Below are positions 24,464 to 36,668 of a stretch of 64,000 nt of DNA, piece by piece. The notes under the pieces are model-generated. The model did not search any database and was not told the DNA's origin. It was given only the letters and a program-made list of their open reading frames with translations. The stretch's first letter is position 1, and the number at the start of each line of letters is the position of its first letter. The translations under genes and the position numbers were made by a program. The stretch is from Macrostomum lignano (Eukaryota). The stretch spans positions 252,945-316,944 of the forward strand of contig NIVC01001414.1 of assembly GCA_002269645.1 (NCBI GenBank), written 5' to 3'.

Positions 24464-25010
24464 CTGAACTGCGCATTTAAGCAGTGGCTGTTAGAGGTGC
24501 AGAGGCTGGGGTAAACATTCAGCTGTGACTGTTAACTTGCCGCCTTTGGCTATCCTGGGACCGGAAATTCTACGCAAGGTGTAGAATTCTAGGCAAGTTC
24601 TATTCTAGGCAAGGTGCATGCACCTGATCTGTGCCACGCCAAATGGTCGGCACATAGATAACACCGCAATGAGTCACTTGTGAAATTTAAATGTAAAACT
24701 TTCAAAAAATGTGAATTTTTATTATATTAATATAACTGTGGTGCTTGTTACATTTCTTTTGTCTTGAGTTCATTCAAATATTGCGCATTTTTGTTGCGTT
24801 CCAGCCTTGGCCGCGTGAGTAAATGATGTAGGAATAAAAAACAGCAAGACGTGGGCATGTTGGGCGCTGATAAATATAGGATGCTTACTTTTTGTTTATT
24901 AGCTCATTTTCTCAAATACCTCAGTCAGAGGCAGCAAGTGCCAGCTGGGTCTACCGGAGGTCACTTTTCTCAGCACGGCGCCATCGTGAAACTGCGCAAC
25001 ATCCTGTAGT

Positions 25011-25460
25011 GGGCGATCGCTTTCACAAACCCTAAATTTCACAAACCCTAAATTTCACAAACTCTAAATTTCACAAAGTCGCAAGACACAAACTTGCATA
25101 AGCTCTAAATTTCATAAAACCTAATTTTCACAACGTCGAAAAGTTGTGCACAGAATTTCATAATCTCTAAATTTCAGAAGCTCTAAATTGCACAAGCCCT
25201 AAATTTCACAAACCCTAAATTTCATACACCCTAATTTTCACAACGTCGAAAAGTTGTGCCCAGTATTTCATAATCTCTAAATTTCACAAGCCCTAAATTT
25301 CACACATCTTTCTTCCACAATCTTTCTGTATCTCCATAGTGTTTTTAGGCGTTGTGAAATTTAGGGCTTGTAAAATTCTGTGCATGCCTTCTAGGTGTTG
25401 TGAAATCTGCTGAATTGCTTATGTTCGACGTTGTGAAAACTAGGGTTTGTGAAACGACCC
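25011..25460. mobile_element. 450-bp foldback MITE, Mutator-like
   Basis: GGG...CCC ends; imperfect TIRs built from 16-bp AAACCCTAAATTTCAC subrepeats; 9-bp TSD with one mismatch (TCCTGTAGT 25002-25010 / TCCTGGAGT 25461-25469). Confidence 0.72.
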
Positions 25461-26364
25461 TCCTGGAGTGGCAGGAACCCCGATTCCCCTCTCGCCGTCA
25501 CATCTTCCTCTCTTCCCTTCTCCTCATCCTCTATTTCTCTCCCCCTCTTCCCCTTTCCCTCTTTCACCTTCCCCTCTTCCCTCTCCCAGTCTCAAGCGAG
25601 CTTATCCAGCCAGCAGAACTCGAGCCGCTGTCACCCAGAGAGCCTGCGTCCTGTTTTCAGTCTCATAAAAAACTTATTTCTCAAGCCGATCGGCCCTGCG
25701 TCAGCTTAGCAAATAAACTGTGTGATTTTTAATGTAAGCAAATACTACTCGCTTGGCCAGTTAGTAGTAGCAAGTTGCGGGTATTTATTCTATACTGTTT
25801 TCAACTGATCGAGCTTCTGTATAACAACTATTTGCAAGGCGGAACTGAGAGCGCATTAATATCCCAATTTATCCCCAAAGCCAGAAGTACACTTGATCGA
25901 ATTTCAGCTTCTGCCTGTCTGTCTCTTACTGTTTTTCCCTGTTTTTGTGCAACCCCAAATCTGTAAATTTTCTGTATTCATAAATGTGAATCGCTGTTCA
26001 AGGAACCCGCGCTGGTTTAAATTTTCTTTTGCAATTGCAAGATGAATGCAAATATAAATATTAAATAAATATGCATCCCCGATCTGATGATGCGACTCAT
26101 TCAGACTGAGTATTGCGTGCCAAGGCATGCAGTGATGTGGTTTGTAGCTGAGTGCCATCTCTGCATTCGCTAGGTAGTTGTATGGAGAGCAGTGGATGAG
26201 TTTTAGCTTAGTATAAACTGTCACAGGTTCAGTGTTCAGTGCCTACTTGTAGTAGTAGTGATGATTAACTAATCCAGTCAGTTTAGTGCCTTACTTTTGC
26301 TTACTTTGGACAGCATGGATGGCTTGGTGATTTGGGAAATGCAGCCTCTGCAGTGCAGGGCTCT

Positions 26365-26930
26365 TACTGCCTCTGCCCCTCTCCCTGCCTCTGCCCCCTC
26401 TCGCCGCCTCTGCCCCCTCTCCCCGCCTCTGCCCCCTCTCCCCGCCTCTGCCCCCTCTCCCCGCCTCTGCCCCCTCTCCCCGCCTCTGCCCCTCTCCCCG
26501 CCTCTGCCCCCTCTCCCCGCCCCTGCCCCTCTCCCCGCCTCACCCCCTCTCCCCGCCTCTGCCCCCTCTCCCCGCCTCTGCCCCCTCTCCCCGCCTCTGC
26601 CCCCTCTCCCGCCTCTGCCCCTCTCCCCGCCTCTGCCCCCTCTCCCCGCCTCTGTCCCCTCTCGCCACCTCTGCCCCCTCTCCCCGCCTCACCCCCTCTC
26701 CCCGTCTGATCTTCCTCCTCTCCCCGCCTCTGCCCCCTCTCCCCGCCTCTGTCCCCTCTCCCCGCCTGATCTTCCCCCTCTCCCCGCCTCTGCCCCCTCT
26801 CCCCGTCTGATCTTCCTCCTCTCCCCGCCTCTGCCCCTCTTCCCGCATCTTCCCCTCTCCCCGCATCTTCCCCCTCTCCCCGCCTGATCTGCCCCCTCTC
26901 CCCGCCTCAGCCTCTCCTTACTCTCCTCTC
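26365..26930. repeat. ~19-bp C-rich minisatellite (CCCCTCTCCCCGCCTCTGC)n
   Basis: Direct tandem copies; G-rich on the - strand. Confidence 0.93.
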
Positions 26931-28054
26931 TCCCCAGCACAATCCCTAACGCTGTAAAACCAGCAGCACCTGTGTAAAGCTATTTGTTTGTTTTTTTTGT
27001 TTGTCAGCAGAACCAAATTCTTAACCAGCCAGCTATCGGGTTCCTTGTAAAGTACATCGAGTACTTGTTGATTCTCTGTTGCTAGCACAGTGTATCAGCT
27101 TTCATCCCAAAGTTTTTATTGTCAGATTCTGTGAGCAAAGATACTTCAGTGCCTGAATTTCCCCTGAGGCTAAAATTTATTACAAATTTTCACAGAATTT
27201 TTCCCAATTTTAATGTTTTACTGCCCCCATCGGACTGCCACCTGCCAATCACCTGGTGCCAAAAAGTACAAACTGATATTTGCCACAAAACTGTCTGTCC
27301 CGCACTAATTGATTGTCTTTGAAGTTTGCCGCCAGCAACTGTTGGAATTGCTGATCCCAGTCTCTCAAGCGAGCTTCGTACACAGACAGATTAGCAGTGC
27401 TCAGCCTTGGAAGGATTTTTATTAATATATTTAGCGCTTATTGTATACATTTTCACTGCCTACTGGCCTTAGTAGTATCTATTGCGAGTTTGTGCCTATT
27501 CATAAATTCTATTGCTTTGGTACTTATTAATGAATAAATAGTGAATCATATTGTGTGTTGAAGTTTTTAATTAAAATCTTTAACTTCTGGCTTACAGTGT
27601 GCACTTTTACAGGCTGACTTTACAGCACCTGGATTTTGTGCCCCATCTCTCAGTTTCTGTGGCTCTGCAGTGCCAGGCATTCTAGAGCTGCCTAATGGCT
27701 GTTTTTGTTAATTCTAATTCATTTGTTAATTGCTCTCACCTGGTGCCCTGACTAACTGGTTCAAGAGATAAAGTACAGTGTGTACTTTCTGGTTTCTCTG
27801 GTGCACCTGAGACACCCTGTTTTTGCAGAGTGCATAGTTTAATTAGCTTATATTGTGTACTGAATATTTATAATTTAGCCCCAACAACATTTGAACTTTT
27901 GTTTTTTTCAAATTGTTTGTTTTTTAATGAAAAATAGAATGAAGCCTTCGCTACGGAGAGTGAGCTGGTTTGGAGTTCCAGAGAGGCTCAGGTGGGCGAT
28001 GAGCTCTGCTTGTTTCCAATGTCATTTCAGCAGCTGTGTGCTCAGGCAGGCAGT

Positions 28055-28064
28055 CAGGCAGTCA

Positions 28065-28115
<51 letters not shown>

Positions 28116-28455
28116 AGTCAGTCAGTCACCCACTCACTCAAATCAGTCAGTCAGTCAGTCAGTCAGTCAGTCAGTCAGTCAGTCAGTCAGTCAGTCAATC
28201 AGTCAGTCAGTCAGTCAGTCAGTCAGTCAGTCAGTCAGGCAGTCAGTCAATCAGTCAGTCAGTCAGTCAGTCAGTCAGTCAATCAGTCAGTCAGTCAGTC
28301 AGTCAGTCAGTCAGTCAGCTAATCAGTCAGTCAGTCAGTCAGTCAGTCAGTCAGTCAGTCAGTCAGTCAGTCAGTCAGTCAGTCAGTCAGTCAGTCAGTC
28401 AGTCAGTCAGTCAGTCAGTCAGTCAGTCAGTCAGTCAGTCAGTCAGTCAGTCAGT
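28055..28455. repeat. (CAGT)n microsatellite, ~100 units
   Basis: Direct reading; contains the interruption CACCCACTCACTCAA. Confidence 0.97.
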
Positions 28456-28547
28456 GCCGCTCCCTCATCACTGCAGAGCCAGCAGCCCTCAGCGACCCCC
28501 AGGCTGCCCAGGCCCGCCCTCAGTGCCACTCAGTGAGGCTGCAAAGC

Positions 28548-31500
28548 ATGTCTGTCAGCTTCATCAGGCGCAGTCGCTACAGGCTGGAAGATGACTCGCT
28601 GGATGCAGATGGTGAGTTTCTGTACTCAGAAAAATCAATCGGGCAGAAAATACAAAAAATTGCCTGGCCGGGGAGGGGCTCAAACCCTCGACCTTCGCGT
28701 TATCAGCACGACGCTCTAACCAACTGAGCTACTCGGCCGCTATGGTCTCAGCGCCTCGGATTGTTCTCAAATAGCAGTGCAGTATTGATTAGCGATCTGT
28801 TCGGCTTATCGGCTGGTTCTGCTGCTTTTATTGCCTGGGAGCAGAAATTTTTGGGGCGAGCAGAGGGGTAGAGAAAAGCAGCGGGTGTTCCTTCTTGGCT
28901 GCTTGTTGTTTCTGCTTCTGCCAGGGATCTGAGCAGGGTCTCTGATTCTGCCAAATGTTTCAGGGCATTTCTACTTCTGCCAAATGTTTCAGGGCATTTC
29001 TGCTTCTGGCAAATGTTTCAGGGCATTTCTGCTTCTGCCAAATGTTTCAGGGCATTTCTGCTTCTGCCAAATGTTTCAGGGCATTTCTGCTTCTGCCAAA
29101 TGTTTCAGGGCATTTCTGCTTCTGCCAAATGTTTCAGGGCATTTCTGCTTCTGCCAAATGTTTCAGGGCATTTCTGCTTCTGCCAAATGTTTCAGGGCGT
29201 TTCTGCTTCTGCCAAATGTTTCAGGGCATTTCTGCTTCTGCCAAATGTTTCAGAGCATTTCTGCTTCTGCCAAACATTTCCAGGTGATCTCAGCAGGGCT
29301 GCATCTCCTCGCCGGCAGCCTCGGGTCGCCACCGCTACGCCTTCGCTCATCGTCGCCGCCTCCCCTGCCGCGCGGGCGCGAGCCAAAAGTAGGTCGCGTG
29401 CTGTCGTGCTTGCAGCTGCTTGAGGCATTTGGCCCGGGGTGGTTCTGAGTCACCTGATCCTAGGGGACTTTGTGGCTTTGATCCCCATTCACCCTCCCTG
29501 ATCCCAATTCACCCTCTGATTATCAATCACCCTCCCTGATCCCAATTCACCCTCCCTGATCCCAATTCACCCTCCCTGATCCCAATTCACCCTCCCTGAT
29601 CCCAATTCACCCTCCCTGATCCCAATTCACCATCTGATTCTCAATCACCCTCCCTGATCCCCATTAACCCTTCCTGATCACAATTCACCCTCTCTGATTC
29701 TCATTCACTCTCCCTGATCCTCATTCACCCTCCCTGATCCCATTCACCCTCCCTGATCCCCATTCACCCTCTCTGATTCTCATTCACCCTCCCTGATTCT
29801 CATTCATCATCCCTGCTCCCCATTCACCCTCCCTGATTCTAATTCACCCTCCCTGATTCTCATTCACCCTCCCTGATCCTCATTCACCCTCTCTGATTCT
29901 CATTCACCCTCCCTGATCCTCATTCACTCTCCCTGCTTCTAATTCACCCTCCCTGATTCTCATTCACCCTCCCTGATTCTCATTCACCCTCCCTGATCCT
30001 CATTCACCCTCCCTGATTCTCATTCTGACCCTCCCTGACCCTCCCTGACCCTCCCTATTTCTTATTCACCCTCCCTGATCCTCATTCACCATCCCTGATC
30101 CCCATTCACCCTCCCTGATCCCCATTAACCTCCCTGATCCTCTTTCACTCCCCATTAGATCCCCACCGCACAGAATTCCCACAGCACACAAATCCAATTC
30201 CAAGGCAAAATCCCGGGCGAAGCAGCCCCGGTCCGCTCCCACCGGAATTTCCCACACTTCAAATCCCCTCCCCAGCCCTCCCTGCCGCCTCTCCTCCCGC
30301 TGCTCCTTGAGCCGGAAGCGGCAGCGCCAAGTCAGCCGTGTCAAATTTTATTTATCAGAGGCCTGAGCAGCGCTGCTCAGAAATCTGCCCTCAGCAATTC
30401 CTGCCTCAACTGCCCGAGCGCTGACTGACTGCTCAGCTGCAGCAATGCAGTGCGGCAGCTCTTATTCTTCTTCTAGTAGACAGAGTCTGGCAGCCGCCGC
30501 AGCAAGCTCAAAAAGCTACTCAGCAACTCAACAGGGTGCCTTGCATTTTCTCATTCAACTTGGCGTGTCATTTTGATTGACAGCTCGATTTGCATTGATG
30601 CACTCTTCTCGATTTCAGATGCCAGAGTTCTGCTGAGTTCCGGCTCAGCATCCGGTGCTGCATCAGCTGCTGCAGGCAGCGACAGTTCTCAGGGCGAGCG
30701 GCAGGTTCGGTACACGGTGGAGGAGGCGGTTGAGAAGCTGGGGTTCGGCAGGTTCCAGATTAAAATCCTCTGCATCACCGGCATCATGTCTGTAGGTTGC
30801 TGCTTTTGCGGAGTCTTGAGAACTGCTCTCTGATCCCATTTGAGAACTGCTCTCTGATCCCATTTGAGCACTGCTCTCTGATCCCATTTGAGTACTGCTC
30901 TGTGATCCCATTTGAGCACTGCTCTCTGATCCCATTTGAGCACTGCTCTCTGATCCCATATGAGCACTGCTCTGTGATCCCATTTGAGCACTGCTCTCTG
31001 ATCCCATTTCAGTACTGCTCTCTGATCCCATTTGAGTACTGCTCTCTGATCCCATTTGAGCACTGCTCTCTGATCCCATTTGAGCACTGCTCTGAGATCC
31101 CATTTGAGCACTGCTCTCTGATCCCATTTGAGCACTGCTCTCTGATCCCATTTCACAAGTATTGCCTCAATATCCGCACATTGCTACTGCCGCACGGACT
31201 GTCAGTAGTGCAGCTGGCATTTTGCAATTTCAATGCAGGCAGCGGACGCAATGGAGATGCTGCTGCTGTCAGTGCTGGGCCCGGCGCTCCGCTGCGACTG
31301 GCGCCTGACGTCAACCGAGGTGGCCGGCATCACCACTGTGGTGTTCGCTGGGATGCTGCTCGGAGCTCCTGGCTGGGGCGCCGTGTCAGACAAGCGAGGT
31401 CGCTGGAGCGTGTTCGCCCTCAGCCTCTGCCTCATGGCCTACTTCGGCCTGCTCTGCTCGTTCTCGCCTGACTACTTCTGGCTCGTCAGCCTGCGCGGTG

Positions 31501-33960
31501 TCGTGGGCTTCAACATCGGCGGTGCGGCCTCCTCCTTCACCCTGCTGTCCGAGTACCTGCCTCAGCAGCACCGCGCCAAGGTGCTCATCCTGTACAACCT
31601 GTTCTGGGGTCTTGGATCCACCTTTGAGATCCTGCTGGCTTACCTGGTGCTGCCCACTTTGGGCTGGAGATACCTGGTGGCCTTCTCTTCACTGCCGCTG
31701 TTTCTGTTCATGCTGACGCTGGGGGTGAGTAGCCTGAGCTGCATCTGTGTGTGCTCACGCTGGGGGTGAGTAGCCTGAGCTGAATCTGTGTGTGCTCACG
31801 CTGGGGGTGAGTAGCCTGAGCTGCCTCTGTGTGTGCTCACGCTGGGGGTGAGTAGCCTGAGCTGAATCTGTGTGTGCTCACGCTGGGGGTGAGTAGCCTG
31901 AGCTGCATCTGTGTGTGCTCACTCTGGGGGTGAGTAGCCTGAGCTGCATCTGTGTGTGCTCACGCTGGGAGTGAGTAGCCTGAGCTGCATCATCTGTCTC
32001 TCCTCTTCCTCAGCACCTGCCGGAGTCTGCGAGGTTCCTGCTGGCCTCAGGACGCGCTGAGGAAGCGGCTGCCGTCATTGACCAGATCGCCAGGGAGAAC
32101 CGCAGGCCTGCGATGGAGGGCCGGCCTGCTGTGGCCACCGTCAGCGAGGTGAGCGACTGACTGACTGACTGACTGACTGACTGACTGACTGACTGACTGA
32201 CTTGAGTGAGTGGGTGACTGACTGACTGACTGACTGACTGACTGACTGACTGACTGACTGACTGACTGACTGACTGACTGACTGACTGACTGACTGACTG
32301 ACTGACTGACTGACTGACTGACTGACTGACTGACTGACTTACTTGAGTGAGTGGGTGACTGACTGACTGACTGACTGACTGACTGACTGACTGACTGACT
32401 GACTGACTGACTGACTGACTGACTGACACTCCCGCAGTCAGACCGAGGGCAGCTCAAGGCGCTCTTCCACCCGTTCTACCGCCGCACCAGCTTCATCCTG
32501 TTCTCCCTGTGGTTCGGTGTCGCCTTCTCCTACTACGGCATCGTGCTGGTGAGCACTGAAATCTTTCGCTTCCACCAGGACTGCTTCAGCACCGCTCAGT
32601 CGGTCACGGTGGCCCACAACACCACGGAGTCCGTGGTGGACAACTCCTGCTGCAGAGGTCTGCAGTCGGACGATTACACAGCCATGCTGATCTCCTCACT
32701 CGGAGAGTTCGTCATCATTCCGGTGAACATGCTCACCATCGATGCCCTGGGCAGGCGGGCCACCCTCGGCATCAACTACCTACTCACTGGCGTGTTCTTC
32801 GGCCTCACCTACCTGTGCGTGCCGAAGGCGGCCACCACCGCGTTTCTGTTTCTGATCAGGGCCCACTCTGCTGGCATATTCAATACTATTTATATCTACA
32901 CTACTGAGGTGAGTAGTGCGGTCTGAGCTGAATGCGAAGTTATTAATGACATTTTCTCATTTGTTTCCGGCTTTTTAGATGGAAAAGGCAAAAGGAGGAA
33001 GATGGGATGGTTAGAAAGCAGCGAGAAGGGAGACAGGAGAAAAATGTAGACAGGATGAGAGAGAGGTAGATAGGAGAGAGGAGTAGACAGGAGAGAGTGG
33101 TAGATAGGAGGGAGTAGTAGATAGAAGGGAGTGGTAGATAGGAGGGAGTGGTAGATAGGAGGGAGTGGTAGATAGGAGAGAGTGGTAGATAGAAGAGAGT
33201 GGTAGATAGGAGAGAGTGGTAGACAGGAGAGAGAGGTAGACAGGAAAGAGGGGGAGACAGGAGAAAGTGGTAGACAGGAGAGAGGGGGAGACAGGAGAGA
33301 GAGGTAGACAGGAGAGAGGGGGAGACAGGAGAAAGTGGTAGACAGGAGAGAGGGGGAGACAGGAGAGAGAGGTAGACAGGAGAGAGGGGTAGACAGGAGA
33401 GAGAGGTAGATGGATTTGAGATCAGGACATTGCGAGAGCAGACATTGCGACAAGCTTGGTGCAGACTTGGAGCACGCCGTTTGGCTTATATCGGCCCACT
33501 GCTGCAGCTTACTAAGTTAGAAACTGGAAGGGTCGGTGAGACTGCAGGGCTGTGCACCACACCCAGTGATGTCAAAAGCGGCTTTCCAATCCAGGTGTAC
33601 CCCACGGTGATTCGCAGTCTCGGGCTGGGCATCTGCTCAGCCATGGCTCGCCTGGGCTCCATGACAACGCCATTCGTTGCCCAGGTGATCATGCCGGATG
33701 TGAGCGTGCTTCTGGCCTTCATCATCTACCTGATGGTGGATCTCAGCTGTGCTGGGCTCTGCGTGCTGCTGCCCATCGAGACCAGCGGCCGCGCCTTGGC
33801 GCACAGCCTGGAGCTGCCGAATGTGAAATTCTCAGCCACTGCTGATGGAGCTGCTGCTGACGGGGCCTCAGCTGCCGACGGGGCCTCAGCTGCTGACGGG
33901 GCCTCAGCTGCTGATGGGGCCTCAGCTGCTGATGGGGCCTCAGCTGCTGACGGAATTTAA
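28548..33960 (+). CDS. SVOP: SVOP-like (SV2-related) major facilitator superfamily transporter, 564 aa
   Basis: Exons 28548-28611, 30619-30791, 31239-31724, 32014-32148, 32438-32908, 33595-33960, in phase. Motifs YTVEEAVEKLGFGRFQ, ADAMEMLLLS, WGAVSDKRGR, LLSEYLP, LPESARFL, FSYYGIVL, DALGRR, YTTEVYPT.IR, LPIETSGRAL. The first exon is less certain. Confidence 0.9.
28665..28738 (-). tRNA. tRNA-Ile with GAT anticodon (possibly a pseudogene)
   Basis: GGCCGAGTAGCTCAGTTGGTTAGAGCGTCGTGCTGATAACGCGAAGGTCGAGGGTTTGAGCCCCTCCCCGGCCA folds as a cloverleaf; A73; a T6 terminator follows. A6:C67 mismatch and TTTGA instead of TTCGA. Confidence 0.85.
28945..29278. repeat. 29-bp minisatellite (TTCTGCCAAATGTTTCAGGGCATTTCTGC)~11
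   Basis: Near-identical tandem copies in SVOP intron 1. Confidence 0.95.
29478..30140. repeat. ~20-bp minisatellite (CATTCACCCTCCCTGATCCT)n
   Basis: Degenerate tandem copies in SVOP intron 1. Confidence 0.92.
30815..31155. repeat. 24-bp minisatellite (CTGCTCTCTGATCCCATTTGAGCA)~14
   Basis: Tandem copies in SVOP intron 2. Confidence 0.95.
31712..31990 (+). repeat. 41-bp tandem repeat containing the exon-3 splice donor (7 copies)
   Basis: ACGCTGGGG|GTGAGTAGCCTGAGCTG... with GTGAGT at 31725, 31766, 31807, 31848, 31889, 31930, 31971. Confidence 0.93.
32155..32428. repeat. (GACT)n microsatellite
   Basis: Direct reading; two copies of the interruption TTGAGTGAGTGGGTG. Confidence 0.97.
33040..33412. 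repeat. GA-rich minisatellite (GACAGGAGAGAGAGGTA-like)
   Basis: Degenerate tandem copies in SVOP intron 5. Confidence 0.85.
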
Positions 33961-34016
33961 AAACGGACTGACAACGAAGGGGGCTTTGGGGAGAGCAAGA
34001 CTGAGTGACCTCAGCG

Positions 34017-34062
34017 TGTCTGTCTGTCTGTCTGGCTGTCTGTCTGTCTGTCTGTCTGTCTT

Positions 34063-34098
<36 letters not shown>

Positions 34099-34100
34099 CC

Positions 34101-34154
<54 letters not shown>

Positions 34155-34208
34155 CCTGTCTGTCTGTCTGTCTGTCTGTCTGCCTGTCTGTCCGTCGGTC
34201 TGTCTGTG

Positions 34209-34244
<36 letters not shown>

Positions 34245-34245
34245 C
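34017..34245. repeat. (GTCT)n microsatellite, 3' of the SVOP stop
   Basis: Direct reading. Confidence 0.95.
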
Positions 34246-34639
34246 AATTATTAAAATCTCAATCTGCACAGCTGTGAGCCCTGCTGCAATTCCCCTGCAG
34301 CAATTTTTTTAGCAGTTTTTATTGAGGCTGTGAGCTCCACAGGTTTCCTGCATTCTCAGTTTTCACTAGCAAAATCCAAATTCTTGGCTTCGTGTTGTCC
34401 TTGTGCTTTACCCATCTGCATCGCTTGTGAAATTCCACATTCCTAAGTCAAATGAAATTTTATATCAACTTCTGTGTGTTTTTACACTGTTTGACCAATG
34501 AAGGTTTTTTCTGAGATCACTTTAATTTCAGTGTTGTTTTATGCCTATCCAGTTTATTAATGAATTTTCACTAAACTTCTGCACTACTGCTAGCTGTCAG
34601 TAGTAGTGGCGGACACCCTCTGGTTAATAAACCAGATAA

Positions 34640-35320
34640 CACCACAAGATAATTTGCGAATCTTGTCAGATTCACTACCGATTTCCTTGTTTGAGGTGCG
34701 AAACTGGTGAAAACACCAGATTCGTCACCAGGTAATTTTTTGTTTTCTTGTTTGACTGTTATCTGGTGAGTTATCTGAATTTCACCAGATAACATGGCCC
34801 GAATCTTGCTTAGAAATCAGATTACATGACAAGATTTGCCACCAGATAATTTTTGTTTTCTTGTTTGATTGAATCTTGTTTGAATCGAAATTTCACAGGA
34901 TAACATGGTGCGAATCTTGTTTGAAAATCAGATAACAGTACAAGATTCGCCACCAGGTAATTTTTTGTTTTCTTGGTTGATTGAATCTTGTTTGAATCGA
35001 AATTTCACAGGATAACATGGTGCGAATCTTGTTTGAAAATCAGATAACAGTACAAGATTCGCCACCAGGTAATTTTTTGTTTTCTTGGTTGATTGAATCT
35101 TGTTTGAATCGGAATTTCACAGGATAACATGGTGCGAATCTTGTTTGAAAGACAGATAACAGTACAAGATTTAAATCAGGATAACTGTGCGTTATCTAGT
35201 CTGTAAGAAACCTGTGTGAATCTGAAATTTACCGGATAACAGGATGCGAATCTGGTTTGCAAACCAGATAATGGAAAAAGATTTCAATCAAGATGCCTTT
35301 GTGTTATCCGGTCTGTAAGA
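34640..35320. repeat. 112-bp tandem repeat (~5-6 copies, degenerate at the edges)
   Basis: GAATCG(A/G)AATTTCACAGGATAACATGG recurs at 34882, 34994, 35106. Confidence 0.88.
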
Positions 35321-36139
35321 ACCCGTTGTACTTTTCACCCATAATTTTTTTCAGAATTTCGTGATCCAGGCCTGATTTATTAATTGATTTCCAAGTGAAG
35401 GCCCGGATCAGCATTTTTAGCCCGGAATAGCCCTTTTTTCCGGAAATGTGATCCTGCAAAAGTTCGGGAAGAAGGAAAGCTGTTCCGGCTGCATTTTCCA
35501 AAATTTTTCACCTTGAACACTGCTAAATTTTAATTGTAGACCCAAATTTCAGGTTTTCCAAATGAAAATTTTCTGGATGAGATTTCAGGAGTTCAGTCGG
35601 AATTCTTCAGTGATCTAGACCAAGTGATTCGGCAAATCCACAGGGATCAGCTCCCATTGACTCGAATCTCTATGAAGTTATCGATAAGACTAGACTGGAC
35701 TTCGCGTCTGTTGAGGCTCAAGGCAGCTCATATGCTGACCTGCGATGGATAATCAATCCTCGCTTCTGTTGGGACTCAAGGCAGCTGCTAAGCTTACCTG
35801 CGAGGGGTAAAGTGCCATCATGACAATTTTGTCTTGGCAGATTTCTACATGCACTCGTTGAGTCACCCAGTAATCAGTGACTGAAGCTGCGGTGTCCAAG
35901 AGTATCCGCATGTAAACGGTTAAATACACATTAAAGAGCTGCTTGCTGTTCCTAGTAGGCACAGAAATGCCGCTCTTATCTCAAAAAATCTGTTGCTTTT
36001 TAAGTCTGGCTTATTCTTTGATGGAAGAAAGAGCAGATGAGCAGGGGGACTGGAAGGGCAGAGGGAAATATGGTCTACATCGAAGAATCGTCTTGCAAAC
36101 CATAAATGATTTGTGGGGGAATCGCTGAAACGCTGACTC

Positions 36140-36475
36140 GTAGCTCATGGGGTTGCCCAGATGCTTGGAGCTCATGGGGTTGCCCAGATGCTTGGAGCTC
36201 ATGGGGTTGCCCAGATGCTTGGAGCTCATGGGGTTGCCCAGATGCTTGGAGCTCATGGGGTTGCCCAGATGCTTGGAGCTCATGGGGTTGCCCAGATGCT
36301 TGGAGCTCATGGGGTTGCTCAGATGCTTAGAGCTCATGGGGTTGCTCAGATGCTTAGAGCTCATGGGGTTGCTCAGATGCTTGGAGCTCACGGGGGTTGC
36401 TCAGATGCTTGGAGCTCATGGGGGTTGCTCAGATGCTTGGAGCTCATGGGGGTTGCTCAGATGCTTGGAGCTCAC
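36140..36475. repeat. 27-bp minisatellite (CTCATGGGGTTGCCCAGATGCTTGGAG)~12
   Basis: Tandem copies; variants are ordered along the array. Confidence 0.95.
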
Positions 36476-36574
36476 AGGGGACCTGATATCTTAGGCTGCA
36501 GCTTGCTTTCAGGCGTGATGCTTTTGTGCCTTAAACATAATTGTCCTGAATTGAGTATTTTAGTCTTAAGAACT

Positions 36575-36668
36575 GAAAGGTCCTGGGGTTCGATCCTCGA
36601 CCGATTCGAAACAAAATTGTGTCCTTGAGCAAGACACTTAACTCTGCATTGCTTCAGTTCACCCTGCT
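36575..36668 (+). mobile_element. Truncated tRNA-derived SINE with a CORE/Meta-like central domain
   Basis: B-box GGTTCGATCC followed by TTGTGTCCTTGAGCAAGACACTTAACTCTGCATTGCTTCAGTTCACCC, which resembles conserved metazoan SINE cores (from memory, not searched). Confidence 0.6.

Noticed and set aside
35753-35962. Possible minus-strand exon (ends CAG|GTAAGC at ~35800)
   Set aside because: Good donor but no motif or linkable neighbouring exon; insufficient support
26297-36628. Repetitive ORFs (PPLPASAP, SQSV, QTDR, MGSESSAQ, MGLPRCLEL, FQGISASAKC)
   Set aside because: Artefacts of micro/minisatellites, mostly inside introns or intergenic DNA
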